From positions 116,793-180,792 of IMG/VR virus record IMGVR_UViG_3300023199_000127: a DNA stretch of 64,000 nt; one strand, 5' to 3'. The notes beneath the pieces were generated by a model. That model did not search any database and was not told the origin of the DNA. It worked only from the letters and a program-made list of their open reading frames with translations. Each line of letters begins with the position of its first letter. Positions within the stretch are counted from its first letter, which is position 1. The stretch comes from a virus. A program made the position numbers and the translations under genes. Below, piece by piece: positions 9,160-19,171 of the stretch.

Positions 9160-10847
9160 ACCATGTCCCCTAGAAGTTCATCGATCAAATCATCGCCGCC
9201 TTCGACATTGATCTCGTCGTTGCCGCCGAACTTAACCGATTCATGAGGGGCCAGTGTATCATTCGGAAGAGACACCGGCAGCTTCGTATTGCTTGTCAGG
9301 TAATAGAAAGGACCATGTGAAGTGGTCTTATGACCATTCTCCTGAATGGATTCCACCAACCCTTCCAGCGTGAACATCTTAGACACGTAATTCGGACGCA
9401 CAATCGAGTCCGCATACGTGTGGTAGAGGAAGAACATGGAGAACATGAAGTCCATCAAGATGGGCTCAGTGTTATGGGGCATGAAGACCTCACGGGCTTC
9501 TTCCCATTTCACAGACTCCTCATTATTGAGGAAGTGCTTGTGCTCCAGCTTAGGCACTCTGATTAGCGTGATACCCTCGAGAGCCTCGCACATACGACGG
9601 TCAAACTCAGGATACTGATCAACAATCCACTGTACCAAGCGAGGCCACACCTCTTCTTTGGTTCCCTTGTGGTCAATCCCATGATTGAAACAGATGTTTC
9701 TGATGCTATCAAGAGTGATCTTACTAAGGGAATCACACCCACTGTGCTTAATCAGCTTCGGTAGATCTTCATTAGACAGGATCTGTACACCGGTCCTGAT
9801 TGTGCCAGGGTATGCTGAGAAAACGTGCTTCTCAAACTCGTCCCATGACATCTTAATGGGGATGGTATGAGCTTGATCAATGTGCTCACTATCCATCTGT
9901 TTACGAATAGCCGGCATGGTACGCCCAGCCTGAGGCTGTAGTTCCACGCCGGCTGAAGACACGTTAGCTTGCCAGGGAATTGTGCTGTCCTTTGTGGTAT
10001 ACACCACCCAGTCGGACAGCATAGTCTTTCCCTGAATCGGGTTCTGATAGTCGTTGCGCAAAAAACCATTCGGGGTTAGCACAACTTTGCTAATGGCATC
10101 CCAATCGTACAAGCTATCACTCATCATCATGCTGATGAGGATGTCCTCCATGTCCTCAAAGTCTGCAGGTGCAAAGACCTTAGACAGCTTCATGGCACGA
10201 AACACATCCCAGCTAGCCAGTTTGATTTCTGGATTCAGCTCCTTGAGGACAGCTCTGATCTCCTGCAACGTAGGCATGATCTGATCGGAGTCATCTCCAG
10301 TACCGATTCTGTAGATGAGTTTGCGTACAAAATCATCAGTCCAGATATCAGGATTCTGCATGCGCTCTACAGCTAGCTGCAGGATGTGCTTATACTTTGC
10401 ACCCTTCCTCACTACCAGCGTCTTTGGGTCACGCATCTTGAGAACAAACTCGCTGGGCATCAAAGAAAGCGATTGCTTAAACTTTACCGTGTTGTACCTC
10501 TGCAGTGAGGTTCTAATCTCATTCGCATAGCGAAGATATTCACCAGTAACACCTGCCTCCTGCACACGGACACTCATCCAGTCCATAAGAATAGAGACAT
10601 TCTTCAGACTCTCACCACGTGCAGCCTGTGCCAGCGTTGTCTCTGATACTTGACGGGTCAAAGTCTCAAACTCGCGATTGGGATACTCTGCACTGAACTC
10701 CTTCACACACTGATTCACAGGAGTTAGCAGATAGTAACCGTTTAGCACCGACTCCTTCATGGAGACGTCAACAAGCTGGCACTCGATGGTGCCAATTTCT
10801 TCGCTAATTGCTAGCGGCTTGAAGCGCATGCTCAGCGCCAGCATCAT
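9156..10847 (-). CDS. Unknown 563 aa protein with an internal SAP/HeH-like DNA-binding motif
   Basis: LSKITLDSIRNICFNHGIDHKGTKEEVWPRLVQW fits the SAP consensus; overlaps the MoxR ATPase stop. Confidence 0.65.
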   Translation of the reverse strand: MMLALSMRFKPLAISEEIGTIECQLVDVSMKESVLNGYYLLTPVNQCVKEFSAEYPNREFETLTRQVSETTLAQAARGESLKNVSILMDWMSVRVQEAGVTGEYLRYANEIRTSLQRYNTVKFKQSLSLMPSEFVLKMRDPKTLVVRKGAKYKHILQLAVERMQNPDIWTDDFVRKLIYRIGTGDDSDQIMPTLQEIRAVLKELNPEIKLASWDVFRAMKLSKVFAPADFEDMEDILISMMMSDSLYDWDAISKVVLTPNGFLRNDYQNPIQGKTMLSDWVVYTTKDSTIPWQANVSSAGVELQPQAGRTMPAIRKQMDSEHIDQAHTIPIKMSWDEFEKHVFSAYPGTIRTGVQILSNEDLPKLIKHSGCDSLSKITLDSIRNICFNHGIDHKGTKEEVWPRLVQWIVDQYPEFDRRMCEALEGITLIRVPKLEHKHFLNNEESVKWEEAREVFMPHNTEPILMDFMFSMFFLYHTYADSIVRPNYVSKMFTLEGLVESIQENGHKTTSHGPFYYLTSNTKLPVSLPNDTLAPHESVKFGGNDEINVEGGDDLIDELLGDMV

Positions 10848-12399
10848 CTTCCTCCCCAGTTTCGGTAATCATTCGGCCCAGCCTGTTGCATTTCATGGCC
10901 ACATCTTCTTCAAGGGCCTGCACCTGAGACTCATTGATAGCATTCATTCCAGCATCAGCGGTCTTCTCAAGCCACTCATTCACAATAGCAATGGCCATCA
11001 AACGCTGCGGCATCTCATCATTGTTCTTGGAGTACTTACCAACCAGTGCCGCAAGACGGTCGGCATACTTCATCTGATTATCCTGGATCGGATGAATCTC
11101 CGGAGTCACCAGACTTTCGTCCAGTTTCTTCGTAAGCTGGTCGACCACATTCGGGGGCAAAGTGCCCTCCCTATGGGCTTCGATCTGCAGAGCAACCAGA
11201 GCAAGCACAGAGATATCCAAGCCCTCCTGATTAAGAACTCGGGTCCAGCCCGAGTTCTTATTCTGTGTCCCGAGACACTCCTCGTTCAGGAGGATCTCCA
11301 CCTTTCGGGTGATGTCCCGAGTAGCAAGAAGCTCGAACAGGATGTCTAGCTTGTAGGGATCACGCTCCTCCTCCAGATATGGCTGGAGGTTGCGGAATAC
11401 CTTCTCGATCTGTGCCTCCTGCTCGGAGTTCTTGGCCCCCGTATCATTCAATCCCGTCGGAATAGACGAGAGGATGACACTCAGCGCAGTCTCCTGAAGC
11501 TTCTGCATCTTGGCGCCACGCAGATTTGCCACTGCCAACTCCACCGCTCTGGTAGATAGAATGGCACGATAGATCAGACCTAGCCGGCGACCATCAAGGA
11601 TGATCGGCTCACTCTTCTCGTCCTTGGTCGTTGCCTTGGAGGTCATCTCTCGTAGAGACACAGCGAAACGAGAGAGGAAGTGCCTAATGTACTCCATGTC
11701 ATGGCACATCTGCACATACAGAGGAGCAGCACCCATCAGGATCTGCTTAATCTCCTCACCCACATTCTCGTAATTCGTAGTGTCCCATACGGATCCATTT
11801 CCCTTATGCAGGGATGTCGCATCCGTCCAGTGCAACAGAGCCGGCGCATCATCTTCGGAAACCTTGGCGATGACAGCTTCGCGAGCGGCCTCGCTCATAT
11901 CCAAGACATGCGTAGGGTACAAGAACATGGCGAACCTGCCGATATAGGCAGGATCCATCACATTCGTGCCCTCATAGTCCACCGGGTTCATAGCGCCAAT
12001 GATCCACTTGCAGTCAGTCTCATAGCCCATTATGGTACGGCCCCGGATGAACTCCAACCACTTGGACTGCATCTCCGGGTCTGCACGATTCACCTCATCG
12101 ATGAGCACAAGTTCCTTGTTCCAACAAGTGACCTTCGACTTGACGAACTCGATCTTGCCATGCTTCAGCTGCTCTGGGTTAGGGAAGCCGATGATGTCTT
12201 CGAACATGGACTTGGCAGCATCATAGACGCCTACCTCCACGTCGAGGGCACGACCGATAGCCTTGGCCAGCGCGCTCTTCGCGCTGCCAAGGGTCTGGAC
12301 CATCAAGATGGGATCGCCAGTCAATAGCGATCCAAGTACCTTGTTCTCGCTGGACTGTGTCCAACCATAGATACCGAGTTTGTTAAAAATGAGACTCAT
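10804..12399 (-). CDS. MoxR-family AAA+ ATPase
   Basis: GDPILMVQTLGSAKS (Walker A variant); VLIDEVNRADPEMQSKWLE; IIGAMNP; MDPAYIGRF; LDGRR. Confidence 0.88.
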   Translation of the reverse strand: MSLIFNKLGIYGWTQSSENKVLGSLLTGDPILMVQTLGSAKSALAKAIGRALDVEVGVYDAAKSMFEDIIGFPNPEQLKHGKIEFVKSKVTCWNKELVLIDEVNRADPEMQSKWLEFIRGRTIMGYETDCKWIIGAMNPVDYEGTNVMDPAYIGRFAMFLYPTHVLDMSEAAREAVIAKVSEDDAPALLHWTDATSLHKGNGSVWDTTNYENVGEEIKQILMGAAPLYVQMCHDMEYIRHFLSRFAVSLREMTSKATTKDEKSEPIILDGRRLGLIYRAILSTRAVELAVANLRGAKMQKLQETALSVILSSIPTGLNDTGAKNSEQEAQIEKVFRNLQPYLEEERDPYKLDILFELLATRDITRKVEILLNEECLGTQNKNSGWTRVLNQEGLDISVLALVALQIEAHREGTLPPNVVDQLTKKLDESLVTPEIHPIQDNQMKYADRLAALVGKYSKNNDEMPQRLMAIAIVNEWLEKTADAGMNAINESQVQALEEDVAMKCNRLGRMITETGEEDDAGAEHALQAASN

Positions 12400-12404
12400 T
12401 GTTC

Positions 12405-12692
12405 CTACTGTTGCTGTTGTCTATTAACACATTCGAAGGGAGCTCGATAACTCAGCTCCAACATCGCACATGTATTGTGAAAGTACTGGTACTTAGTCTC
12501 ATAGGAGATACCAAATTGATCCTTGGCTTCAGGTACCTCTATAGGGAGCATGACCGGAATGTACCGAATGATCTCCTTGCATTTGGCGCAGTATACTACA
12601 CTGCCCTGAGCACAGAAGACTCCATCACGTACGGTCTTCTCTCTGCGTTCCTTTGTCCACCTGATCAGGAAAATCAGAATCCTACGGATCAC
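12405..12692 (-). CDS. Small zinc-finger-like protein
   Basis: YCAKCKE..FHNTC. Confidence 0.5.
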   Translation of the reverse strand: MIRRILIFLIRWTKERREKTVRDGVFCAQGSVVYCAKCKEIIRYIPVMLPIEVPEAKDQFGISYETKYQYFHNTCAMLELSYRAPFECVNRQQQQ

Positions 12693-12901
12693 TTATCCAC
12701 CCGAATCAAGCCTATGCTAGCGGGACCCCACTCATAGAGCTTGCCCTTGAACTTCTGGGGAATGGCATCCCCACTCTTGATGTTCTTGTTACCCCACTTC
12801 TTTGCCTTCTCATGATTTTCGAAGGGACCGAACATCAATGCAGGGATCTTTGGGTTGTCGAAACGTACGACGACCCAGTGTCTAGTTGTGGGAATGCTCA
12901 T
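12689..12901 (-). CDS. Hypothetical protein
   Basis: 70 aa, ATGA overlaps on both sides. Confidence 0.55.
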   Translation of the reverse strand: MSIPTTRHWVVVRFDNPKIPALMFGPFENHEKAKKWGNKNIKSGDAIPQKFKGKLYEWGPASIGLIRVDK

Positions 12902-14379
12902 TTGAATAGATCGTCCAGTGCTACCGACCTCTTATAGTGCTGATTCCAAAACTCCTCAGTTGTACCACCCTTGGTCTGAATCACCATAGCCTTTTCAATG
13001 TTAGCGAGAGCCATGGCCTTCCTCTTATCATCACAGCCGGCGTATCCGTCTGTGATGATAAGAACCCTACGATGCTGGTTTTGCACAGCATGATCAATGA
13101 TACAGTTGTAATCTGTACCACCCGTGGTATTCAACTTACCCATCGCCATGTCGTGTATGGAAGTCTTGACGACCTTGTTCGAGAACTGGTAGATATCCTC
13201 AATCTCCCTACGCATAGCATGGCACAAGCCACAGATACGAGGCAGTTCACTACACACAGACCCTGACACATCAATGTACATGGCAAGACCACGATGCTTA
13301 ATGCCCTGGATGATGCGGTCCATTCTCCAGAAAACAGGGATAAACCCAGCACCAAGTAGTGTGGCATCCCGCCGACCGATGCCTCCACGAGGCACGACCG
13401 AACGCTTAGGTTTACGGACGTTGTAGTACGTCTTAATCTTAGCGAGTTCTGTATCTTCGGAGAACTCTTCAAGCAGCTTGGATACCAGAGTGCTATTACA
13501 ACGGATGGTTTTAATCACCATCTCGGTGAGCCTATCCGAATAACCTCCTTGCTTGCACGCGTCCTCAAGATGATCAGCAATCTCCTTACCGATGCGAGAT
13601 TTCACTTCGGCTGAGATTTCTTCGCAACCATCTCCATGGACAGGACAATTAGGATCACGACCTTGATCCTGTTTGTCCTGTTCATCCTGCCCTTCGCCCT
13701 CACCATCTTCCTTATCACCAGGCTTCTGGCATGTACAGCTACCATTACCAGAACCGTGGCTACCAATGAGCTTTACCGTAGCAAATCCTGACTGGGGCAG
13801 GAACAATCGAAGAATCTCAATCAGTTCAGCAATAGAGCTGAACTGACCCTCCTGCATCTCGGTATTCTGTCCCACATGTCCGATGTGACCTGCAGTACGG
13901 TTCCAGAAGCCCCATATCTGTTGATAACAGGGACGCAGCTTCTGCATCTGTGCTTTCACCTTTGTCTCGGGGCGCAAAAGCCCAGAGATGCCACCCTCCT
14001 TGTCGGGCAATGCATCTGGGTAAAAGGACTTCATCAGGTCACAATGTCCCAACGTACGTCCAATCGTAGCATTGATGACCATGTCAGCAGCTATATTGTT
14101 CAGTGCATCTAGTGACCTGGTGAAGTCACCAAAAACGTGATGAAGCAGCTCATGAAACAGAACCTCCTCAAGCTTGTTCTCGGTATTCACATTCTTGACG
14201 AAGAACTCTCGGTTCCACCACAAGGTGCCATTACCATCAACCGCCAGCGTTTGAATCTGGCTCTTCTGCGGTGCTTCCTCCACCCTCTGGATAAATCCAG
14301 TGGAGATGAAGGCATTCATACCGAAGCGACGTTGAAGCACCATCGTAACAGTGCTAAGGTCGAGGGATGTGGCAATCAT
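12898..14379 (-). CDS. HEXXH metallopeptidase-like plus vWA (MIDAS) protein, DUF2201-type MoxR partner
   Basis: LFHELLHH; NIAADMVIN; MYIDVSGS; GGTDY; LIITDGY. Confidence 0.87.
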   Translation of the reverse strand: MIATSLDLSTVTMVLQRRFGMNAFISTGFIQRVEEAPQKSQIQTLAVDGNGTLWWNREFFVKNVNTENKLEEVLFHELLHHVFGDFTRSLDALNNIAADMVINATIGRTLGHCDLMKSFYPDALPDKEGGISGLLRPETKVKAQMQKLRPCYQQIWGFWNRTAGHIGHVGQNTEMQEGQFSSIAELIEILRLFLPQSGFATVKLIGSHGSGNGSCTCQKPGDKEDGEGEGQDEQDKQDQGRDPNCPVHGDGCEEISAEVKSRIGKEIADHLEDACKQGGYSDRLTEMVIKTIRCNSTLVSKLLEEFSEDTELAKIKTYYNVRKPKRSVVPRGGIGRRDATLLGAGFIPVFWRMDRIIQGIKHRGLAMYIDVSGSVCSELPRICGLCHAMRREIEDIYQFSNKVVKTSIHDMAMGKLNTTGGTDYNCIIDHAVQNQHRRVLIITDGYAGCDDKRKAMALANIEKAMVIQTKGGTTEEFWNQHYKRSVALDDLFK

Positions 14380-14837
14380 GCTAGTCCTGCAGGGTCAGGC
14401 AGTTCTGACCATCTCTCCTGTGAGTTGTACCACTCTGGGTAAATACGTTCGACATCTGCTCGTGTACGTAGTCGAGAGCGGTTCTTGTTAACAAAGTGAG
14501 ACCATTGGCGGAGGAGTTCATGCTCCTCCTTTGGATCCAGCGTAGTCAACTGGCATGTATCGTCCCAGAAACCTGGGTTACGAGACCACAATACCAAGAG
14601 ATCATCTTCAGGCTTCAGCTTGAAGCAACGCTTAATAAAGCGTTCGATGATGTACTTAACTTGCGGCGCTGTGTTGTCCCCAAATAGGGGGAAGATCACA
14701 GTCTGCAGCTTGTCGTAGTAGATCTTGTCGATGTGCTGGAATACCTGGTCGATACTGACTTCGTGTAGACACTCTCGCATCGTCACAAGCCGGAAATCTT
14801 CCAGCCATACCAGTTTGATGAACCATCTAGGTGTCAT
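14376..14837 (-). CDS. Hypothetical protein
   Basis: ORF; start moved to MTPRW, downstream of the terminator. Confidence 0.5.
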   Translation of the reverse strand: MTPRWFIKLVWLEDFRLVTMRECLHEVSIDQVFQHIDKIYYDKLQTVIFPLFGDNTAPQVKYIIERFIKRCFKLKPEDDLLVLWSRNPGFWDDTCQLTTLDPKEEHELLRQWSHFVNKNRSRLRTRADVERIYPEWYNSQERWSELPDPAGLA

Positions 14838-14839
14838 GA

Positions 14840-14872
14840 TAAAAAACAAGAGGCTCCCCAAAGGGAGCCTCT
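14840..14872 (-). terminator. Rho-independent terminator after nrdJ
   Basis: AGAGGCTCCC-CAAA-GGGAGCCTCT, followed on the minus strand by TGTTTTTTA. Confidence 0.8.
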
Positions 14873-14895
14873 CAACAGCAACTACGCCCTACCAC

Positions 14896-17115
14896 CTAGA
14901 TCGTACACTTATCGCCTTCACAGGCAGGTACTAATGCTAGGTCGGTCTCGTCGCTTTCTTCCTTGAATTCTGACCAATCGATCGGCTTCCAGAGCTTAAT
15001 CAGCTCATTCCACCGAGCATCGTCTGTGATCTCCTCGCGCGGAGCATAGGGGTAAATCGTATCGAGGGTGTATGGTGCGAATGACATCGCAGCAATGCGA
15101 TGACGATTCTGCCACACCGTATCCTCAACGTACTTCTGTTCCTCGGGACGTACAGTCACCGTACAGCTCACATTATGTGTGAGCCCCTCGGAGCTATCAG
15201 GTCGAGCCGTTCCCGGCACGACCCAGTTCTCATAGGTAGAGAACACACGCTCCATGAAGTCCTCCGCGGGTTCCTCCTTAACGGTAATTGCATTGTCCGG
15301 TACCTCAACCGGGAAGATCAGAGACCAATCCCCGTTCTCCTTGTACTCGACAGCATGCGGATTGTGTTCCCTAAAGAACTGTGCCGGCGCCTCAAGCGGG
15401 TTAGCAGTGATACGTCGGAAGTATCGGCGAGCGTGGTGCGGGTGAATACCCGAACCCACGCAGCCAGCCTCGAGGGACGACGTCCCACTCGGCTTAATAG
15501 TGGTACAACGAGCTGCCGGAGAAATTCCAATAGCTCGTGCAATCTGCTGGTTGGTCTTAACTACCAGCTGTGCACCCTCTCGCTGAGTCTGCGGATCCAA
15601 TGCAATGTCAGGCTTATCAACCATACCTGTAATACCCACACCGATCAGAGCTTCACGCTCTGCAATCAGCTTGGTCACATCGGTAAGGTAATCAAAGTCC
15701 GTAAACCCTGCCTGCAGCGTCCCAATAATGGAAGCCGCACGACACGCCTCCAGGAATTCCTTCTTGGTATTGCAGTTAGCTGCAACAACCTCAGTAAGGT
15801 TACAGAACGCAAAGCCCGTCAGCCTCACAGGAGCGTGATGCTTCGGGCTCAGTGTGAGATAGGTTGGGTTCAATCCGATCTCACTACACGGGTTGGTACC
15901 AAAGTCGAGGTTGCAGGTGAAAAAGAACCCGGGTTCACCGAATCCCTCATTAGCAATCCTCAGAACACGATTGAACTCATCACGTGTCACCCTGTCGCGC
16001 AAGAAGATGGCAGAGTTGTTGGCCATCATGCGCTGCAGGTTCACACCCTGCTTCGGGTTGAAACCAGGCGCTGACTTGGCATACAACATCTCCGTGTCCT
16101 CCGGGGAGAACAAACAGATGAGGCTGGACCGTCGGATACCACCGGCGAGGACAGCCTCAGCCACATGGCAAATGATGTCGTGACATTCAATGGAGCGAAG
16201 CTTTCTACCCTCAGCTGTACGCAGGATCTTTCTTACCCGCTCTAGGCAACGCTTCAGCGGGATATGTCCCGGCGCCTTGCCACCAGAGGTTTGTAGTGCC
16301 TCACCCTCTGAACGAATCTCGTGGTACGCAAACTCTACGTAGTAACCCTCCATGTAACTCTTAAATAGCTCACCAAGAGAGTCAGCCCATCCCTCGATTG
16401 TATCGGGGATGACAAAGTGACGCACATCTTCTTCGTTCACACGATTCAGACGGGGCAGCTTATCAACATGAGCAAGCTGCACTGAATATCCAACGCCACA
16501 ACCACAGAGCAGCAACCAAAAGATCTCCTGGAATACACGGATCCGATCAACCAACGTGAAAGAACAGTTGTAGATCCGTGCGTTCTTCTTAAGGATAGCA
16601 GGTCCCCCGAACTGCATTGAACGCATCGAGGGGAACACCTTCTTCTGGGCAACGAGATCGAAAGCCCAGTTGATCTCCTTGATCAGGTCCTCACCGCAGT
16701 CCTTGTATTTCGTCAGATGCATCTGACGATCACGCTCTACGGTTTCTTCATACACCTCACGCCGGCCAAGATCTTCTCGGTACTTGGCGTACTTGCCAGC
16801 GTGAATGTAGTCAGCAATCCACTCAGGCTTAGGTCGCTGTCTTGCGGCACGAGCTTCTGCTCTCTTCTCTCGGTAGATTACAAAGGCTCTAGCAACCTCC
16901 GGGTAGTTCTTCATCAGGACCTCTTCAATTTGGTCCTGAATATCCTCAATGGGAATGAGGTCTTCAGGCAATTCCTGAACGACCTCGTCAAGCAGCGGGC
17001 GAATGTCCGGGAGTTTCTCTGGACCAACCTCCTGAAATGCCATGAGCATGGCACGGGCGATCTTGCGGGGCTGGAATTCCTGTAGGTTTCCATCCCGCTT
17101 CTGAATGCGGCGCAA
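14896..17115 (-). CDS. nrdJ: Class II (AdoCbl-dependent) ribonucleotide reductase with N-terminal ATP-cone
   Basis: RRIQKRDG ATP-cone; FPSMRSM; YNCSF; GGIRRSSLI; TNPCSEI; TTIKPSGTSS; C-terminal ACEGDKC; TTG start at 17115 after AAGGAG. Confidence 0.93.
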   Translation of the reverse strand: MRRIQKRDGNLQEFQPRKIARAMLMAFQEVGPEKLPDIRPLLDEVVQELPEDLIPIEDIQDQIEEVLMKNYPEVARAFVIYREKRAEARAARQRPKPEWIADYIHAGKYAKYREDLGRREVYEETVERDRQMHLTKYKDCGEDLIKEINWAFDLVAQKKVFPSMRSMQFGGPAILKKNARIYNCSFTLVDRIRVFQEIFWLLLCGCGVGYSVQLAHVDKLPRLNRVNEEDVRHFVIPDTIEGWADSLGELFKSYMEGYYVEFAYHEIRSEGEALQTSGGKAPGHIPLKRCLERVRKILRTAEGRKLRSIECHDIICHVAEAVLAGGIRRSSLICLFSPEDTEMLYAKSAPGFNPKQGVNLQRMMANNSAIFLRDRVTRDEFNRVLRIANEGFGEPGFFFTCNLDFGTNPCSEIGLNPTYLTLSPKHHAPVRLTGFAFCNLTEVVAANCNTKKEFLEACRAASIIGTLQAGFTDFDYLTDVTKLIAEREALIGVGITGMVDKPDIALDPQTQREGAQLVVKTNQQIARAIGISPAARCTTIKPSGTSSLEAGCVGSGIHPHHARRYFRRITANPLEAPAQFFREHNPHAVEYKENGDWSLIFPVEVPDNAITVKEEPAEDFMERVFSTYENWVVPGTARPDSSEGLTHNVSCTVTVRPEEQKYVEDTVWQNRHRIAAMSFAPYTLDTIYPYAPREEITDDARWNELIKLWKPIDWSEFKEESDETDLALVPACEGDKCTI

Positions 17116-17133
17116 AGTTCTCTCCTTCAAGAG

Positions 17134-17745
17134 CTAGGTGACAAAGTCGGCAACAACGTAGAGCATTTCTACGCCGTCCGGCCTCTTCGAGGCTAGACGG
17201 CCACGCACGTAGACAGGCTGACGCTCCTGCAATCCAAGCTCTTGACCGGTATACACCCAGATTTTCCGGGTATTCCACTCGTTCTTGAACGGATTACGAT
17301 ACGACTCCTCAACGAGAAGCCACCCTCCTTGTGCGGAGAGAACCTTACCACAAAGAATCACCAGATTCTCAGGGTGCAGAGGTGTGTTGCGCACACGGAA
17401 GTTAGAGATCGAGAACTCAAGGCTCCAGACCTCTGTCTGGTGCTTCTTGCTGAAGTAACTCTTCAGCGTACCGTCGGTCGCAATGAAGTAGGCTCCGTTC
17501 TGGTGTCCTAGTCCATTGAGAACCGCGTTCAAGATTTTCTGGTTCTCCATCTGCTTCTGTGACACACGAATGTTGCAGAAGAGAGTAGTAGCAGGAACAG
17601 CTACTTGCTGATCATCCCATTGCACATTGAACCCGGGGAGCTTGGTGCGTACCCAGAACTGGGGGTACTGTCGCCCATTGCCGGGCGGGTTGTACTTGTA
17701 TTGCTCAACCTGAGTTGCTAGATAAGCACTGTTGACATCAGCCAT
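17134..17745 (-). CDS. Putative tandem OB-fold (SSB/PriB-like) protein
   Basis: MADVNSAYL, second repeat ENLVILCGKV, and VYVRGRLASK resembling SSB VYVEGRL; TAATG coupling. Confidence 0.5.
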   Translation of the reverse strand: MADVNSAYLATQVEQYKYNPPGNGRQYPQFWVRTKLPGFNVQWDDQQVAVPATTLFCNIRVSQKQMENQKILNAVLNGLGHQNGAYFIATDGTLKSYFSKKHQTEVWSLEFSISNFRVRNTPLHPENLVILCGKVLSAQGGWLLVEESYRNPFKNEWNTRKIWVYTGQELGLQERQPVYVRGRLASKRPDGVEMLYVVADFVT

Positions 17746-18176
17746 TACTCGAACAATCTCTTCTCCCCCTCGCGCCAAAAGACACTGTTGGGGTTGTCGC
17801 GATGCTGCATCGAGTGCAGCAGCGCAGCCTGATAGGCTTCAGTGCTAGCGATCTTCTTCACGATCGCATTAGCAACATTGCGACGGGCATTGGTACGCTC
17901 ATCCTCGGGCATGTTGCAGATCAAATCCTGCAGCGCACGCACATCGTAGGTGTACGAGATGAAGTAGTCGAACATCTCATACTGAGCCTTCCCCTTCTTC
18001 TTCTCGGATCGACTAACAGTAAACTGCGTCAGCTTAATGCCATCATTGATCCGGGTGGCGATCTGACTGGGAGTTACCGCTTCACCATTCAAAAGGGTAA
18101 GCGCCTCCTCAGTCTCTCCCTGAGGGGTCTTCGCCGCATCCTTGGTCTTGGTGACCTGCACATCCTCTTCACTCAT
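17745..18176 (-). CDS. Hypothetical protein
   Basis: ORF; start placed at MSEEDV. Confidence 0.6.
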   Translation of the reverse strand: MSEEDVQVTKTKDAAKTPQGETEEALTLLNGEAVTPSQIATRINDGIKLTQFTVSRSEKKKGKAQYEMFDYFISYTYDVRALQDLICNMPEDERTNARRNVANAIVKKIASTEAYQAALLHSMQHRDNPNSVFWREGEKRLFE

Positions 18177-18447
18177 TGTTTCCTCGTTTGTTCTCTTGAA
18201 TCTTGATGAGACGCACGCCTTGGGCAAGCGTCTTTAGCTCAAGAATGAATTTCTTGTCCTCCTCAACCAGAAGAGGAGTCTCGGCCATCATCTGTGCCTC
18301 GTCTACATGGACAGGCAGAATGGTATTGCTTTCAAGCTTCTCTACCTCGCTCCATGAGGGGCAAACTACCAACTCTCGATCGAAGACCTCTTTGCCGGTA
18401 GGCTGACCTCTCTTGCGGCGCCGGATGGCATCGAAGTCCAGTCCCAT
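18169..18447 (-). CDS. Hypothetical protein
   Basis: 92 aa ORF between coupled genes. Confidence 0.55.
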   Translation of the reverse strand: MGLDFDAIRRRKRGQPTGKEVFDRELVVCPSWSEVEKLESNTILPVHVDEAQMMAETPLLVEEDKKFILELKTLAQGVRLIKIQENKRGNNE

Positions 18448-18450
18448 GGC

Positions 18451-19131
18451 TTAGAAGAGTTCGTCGAGATCGTCGCCACCACCAGATCCCTCGTCCTCAG
18501 ACTTGGTCTCCTCGGTGGTCTCCGACTCCTCGTTGAAGGGGGGTTTCTCGGCCGGCTGAGCCTTCGGCTCTTCCTTGCCGGACCCCCCGGTGGACTCCAC
18601 AATGTCGTCCTCCGGCTCGGGAACATCCCCGAAGGCATCCTCGAGCTCGTCACTGCCCCCCTCTTCGCCCTCGTTGTCTTCGGAGGCATCTTCGGACGTC
18701 TCGTCCAAAGTCTCCTCCTGAGGGCTCTCAGAGGCCTTCTCGGGAGTCTCCTCAGTGTCCTCTTCCGGGGACTCCTCGTCTTCGGCAGTCTCCTGCGGAT
18801 CTTCGTCGTCCAGTTCGATATTGGACGTAGCCGCAGCCGGGTTAGCTGGCGGAGAGGCAGCGAAGATGTCGTTGGGATCCTCGTCGACTGGCTTCATCTT
18901 CTCGACGACCTTCAGACGCTTGACGCGTGTGATCTGAACGACAGCGAGAATGTCTCCCTCGGCAGGCTGAATGCGCTTATCGGCGATCAGCTTACGCATC
19001 AGACGCTCGGCTTCCTGGGTGGTGCCACAGGCTTCTTCATTCTTCGAAGCAATCTCAAAGGTGCGCGCCTGGCCCTCGGCAGGCGTCGCGCCATACAGCA
19101 CGTGAAAGGGCTTAGAACTCTTGTTACTCAT
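18451..19131 (-). CDS. Small N-terminal domain plus long acidic disordered tail
   Basis: About 150 aa E/D-rich tail ending GGGDDLDELF; GAGG RBS. Confidence 0.7.
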   Translation of the reverse strand: MSNKSSKPFHVLYGATPAEGQARTFEIASKNEEACGTTQEAERLMRKLIADKRIQPAEGDILAVVQITRVKRLKVVEKMKPVDEDPNDIFAASPPANPAAATSNIELDDEDPQETAEDEESPEEDTEETPEKASESPQEETLDETSEDASEDNEGEEGGSDELEDAFGDVPEPEDDIVESTGGSGKEEPKAQPAEKPPFNEESETTEETKSEDEGSGGGDDLDELF

Positions 19132-19171
19132 GATCCTCTATGTATGGGAAATGCACACATGTGCAGAAAAC

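Noticed and set aside
15100-16074. Long plus-strand ORFs (also 11680-12327, 34314-35093, 42273-43274, 54117-55163, 61039-62229)
   Set aside because: They are antisense shadows of well-supported minus-strand genes and have no motifs or RBS
17113-17745. OB-fold protein and NrdJ fused by amber read-through (same frame)
   Set aside because: nrdJ has its own AAGGAG plus TTG start, and a shared frame has a one-in-three chance
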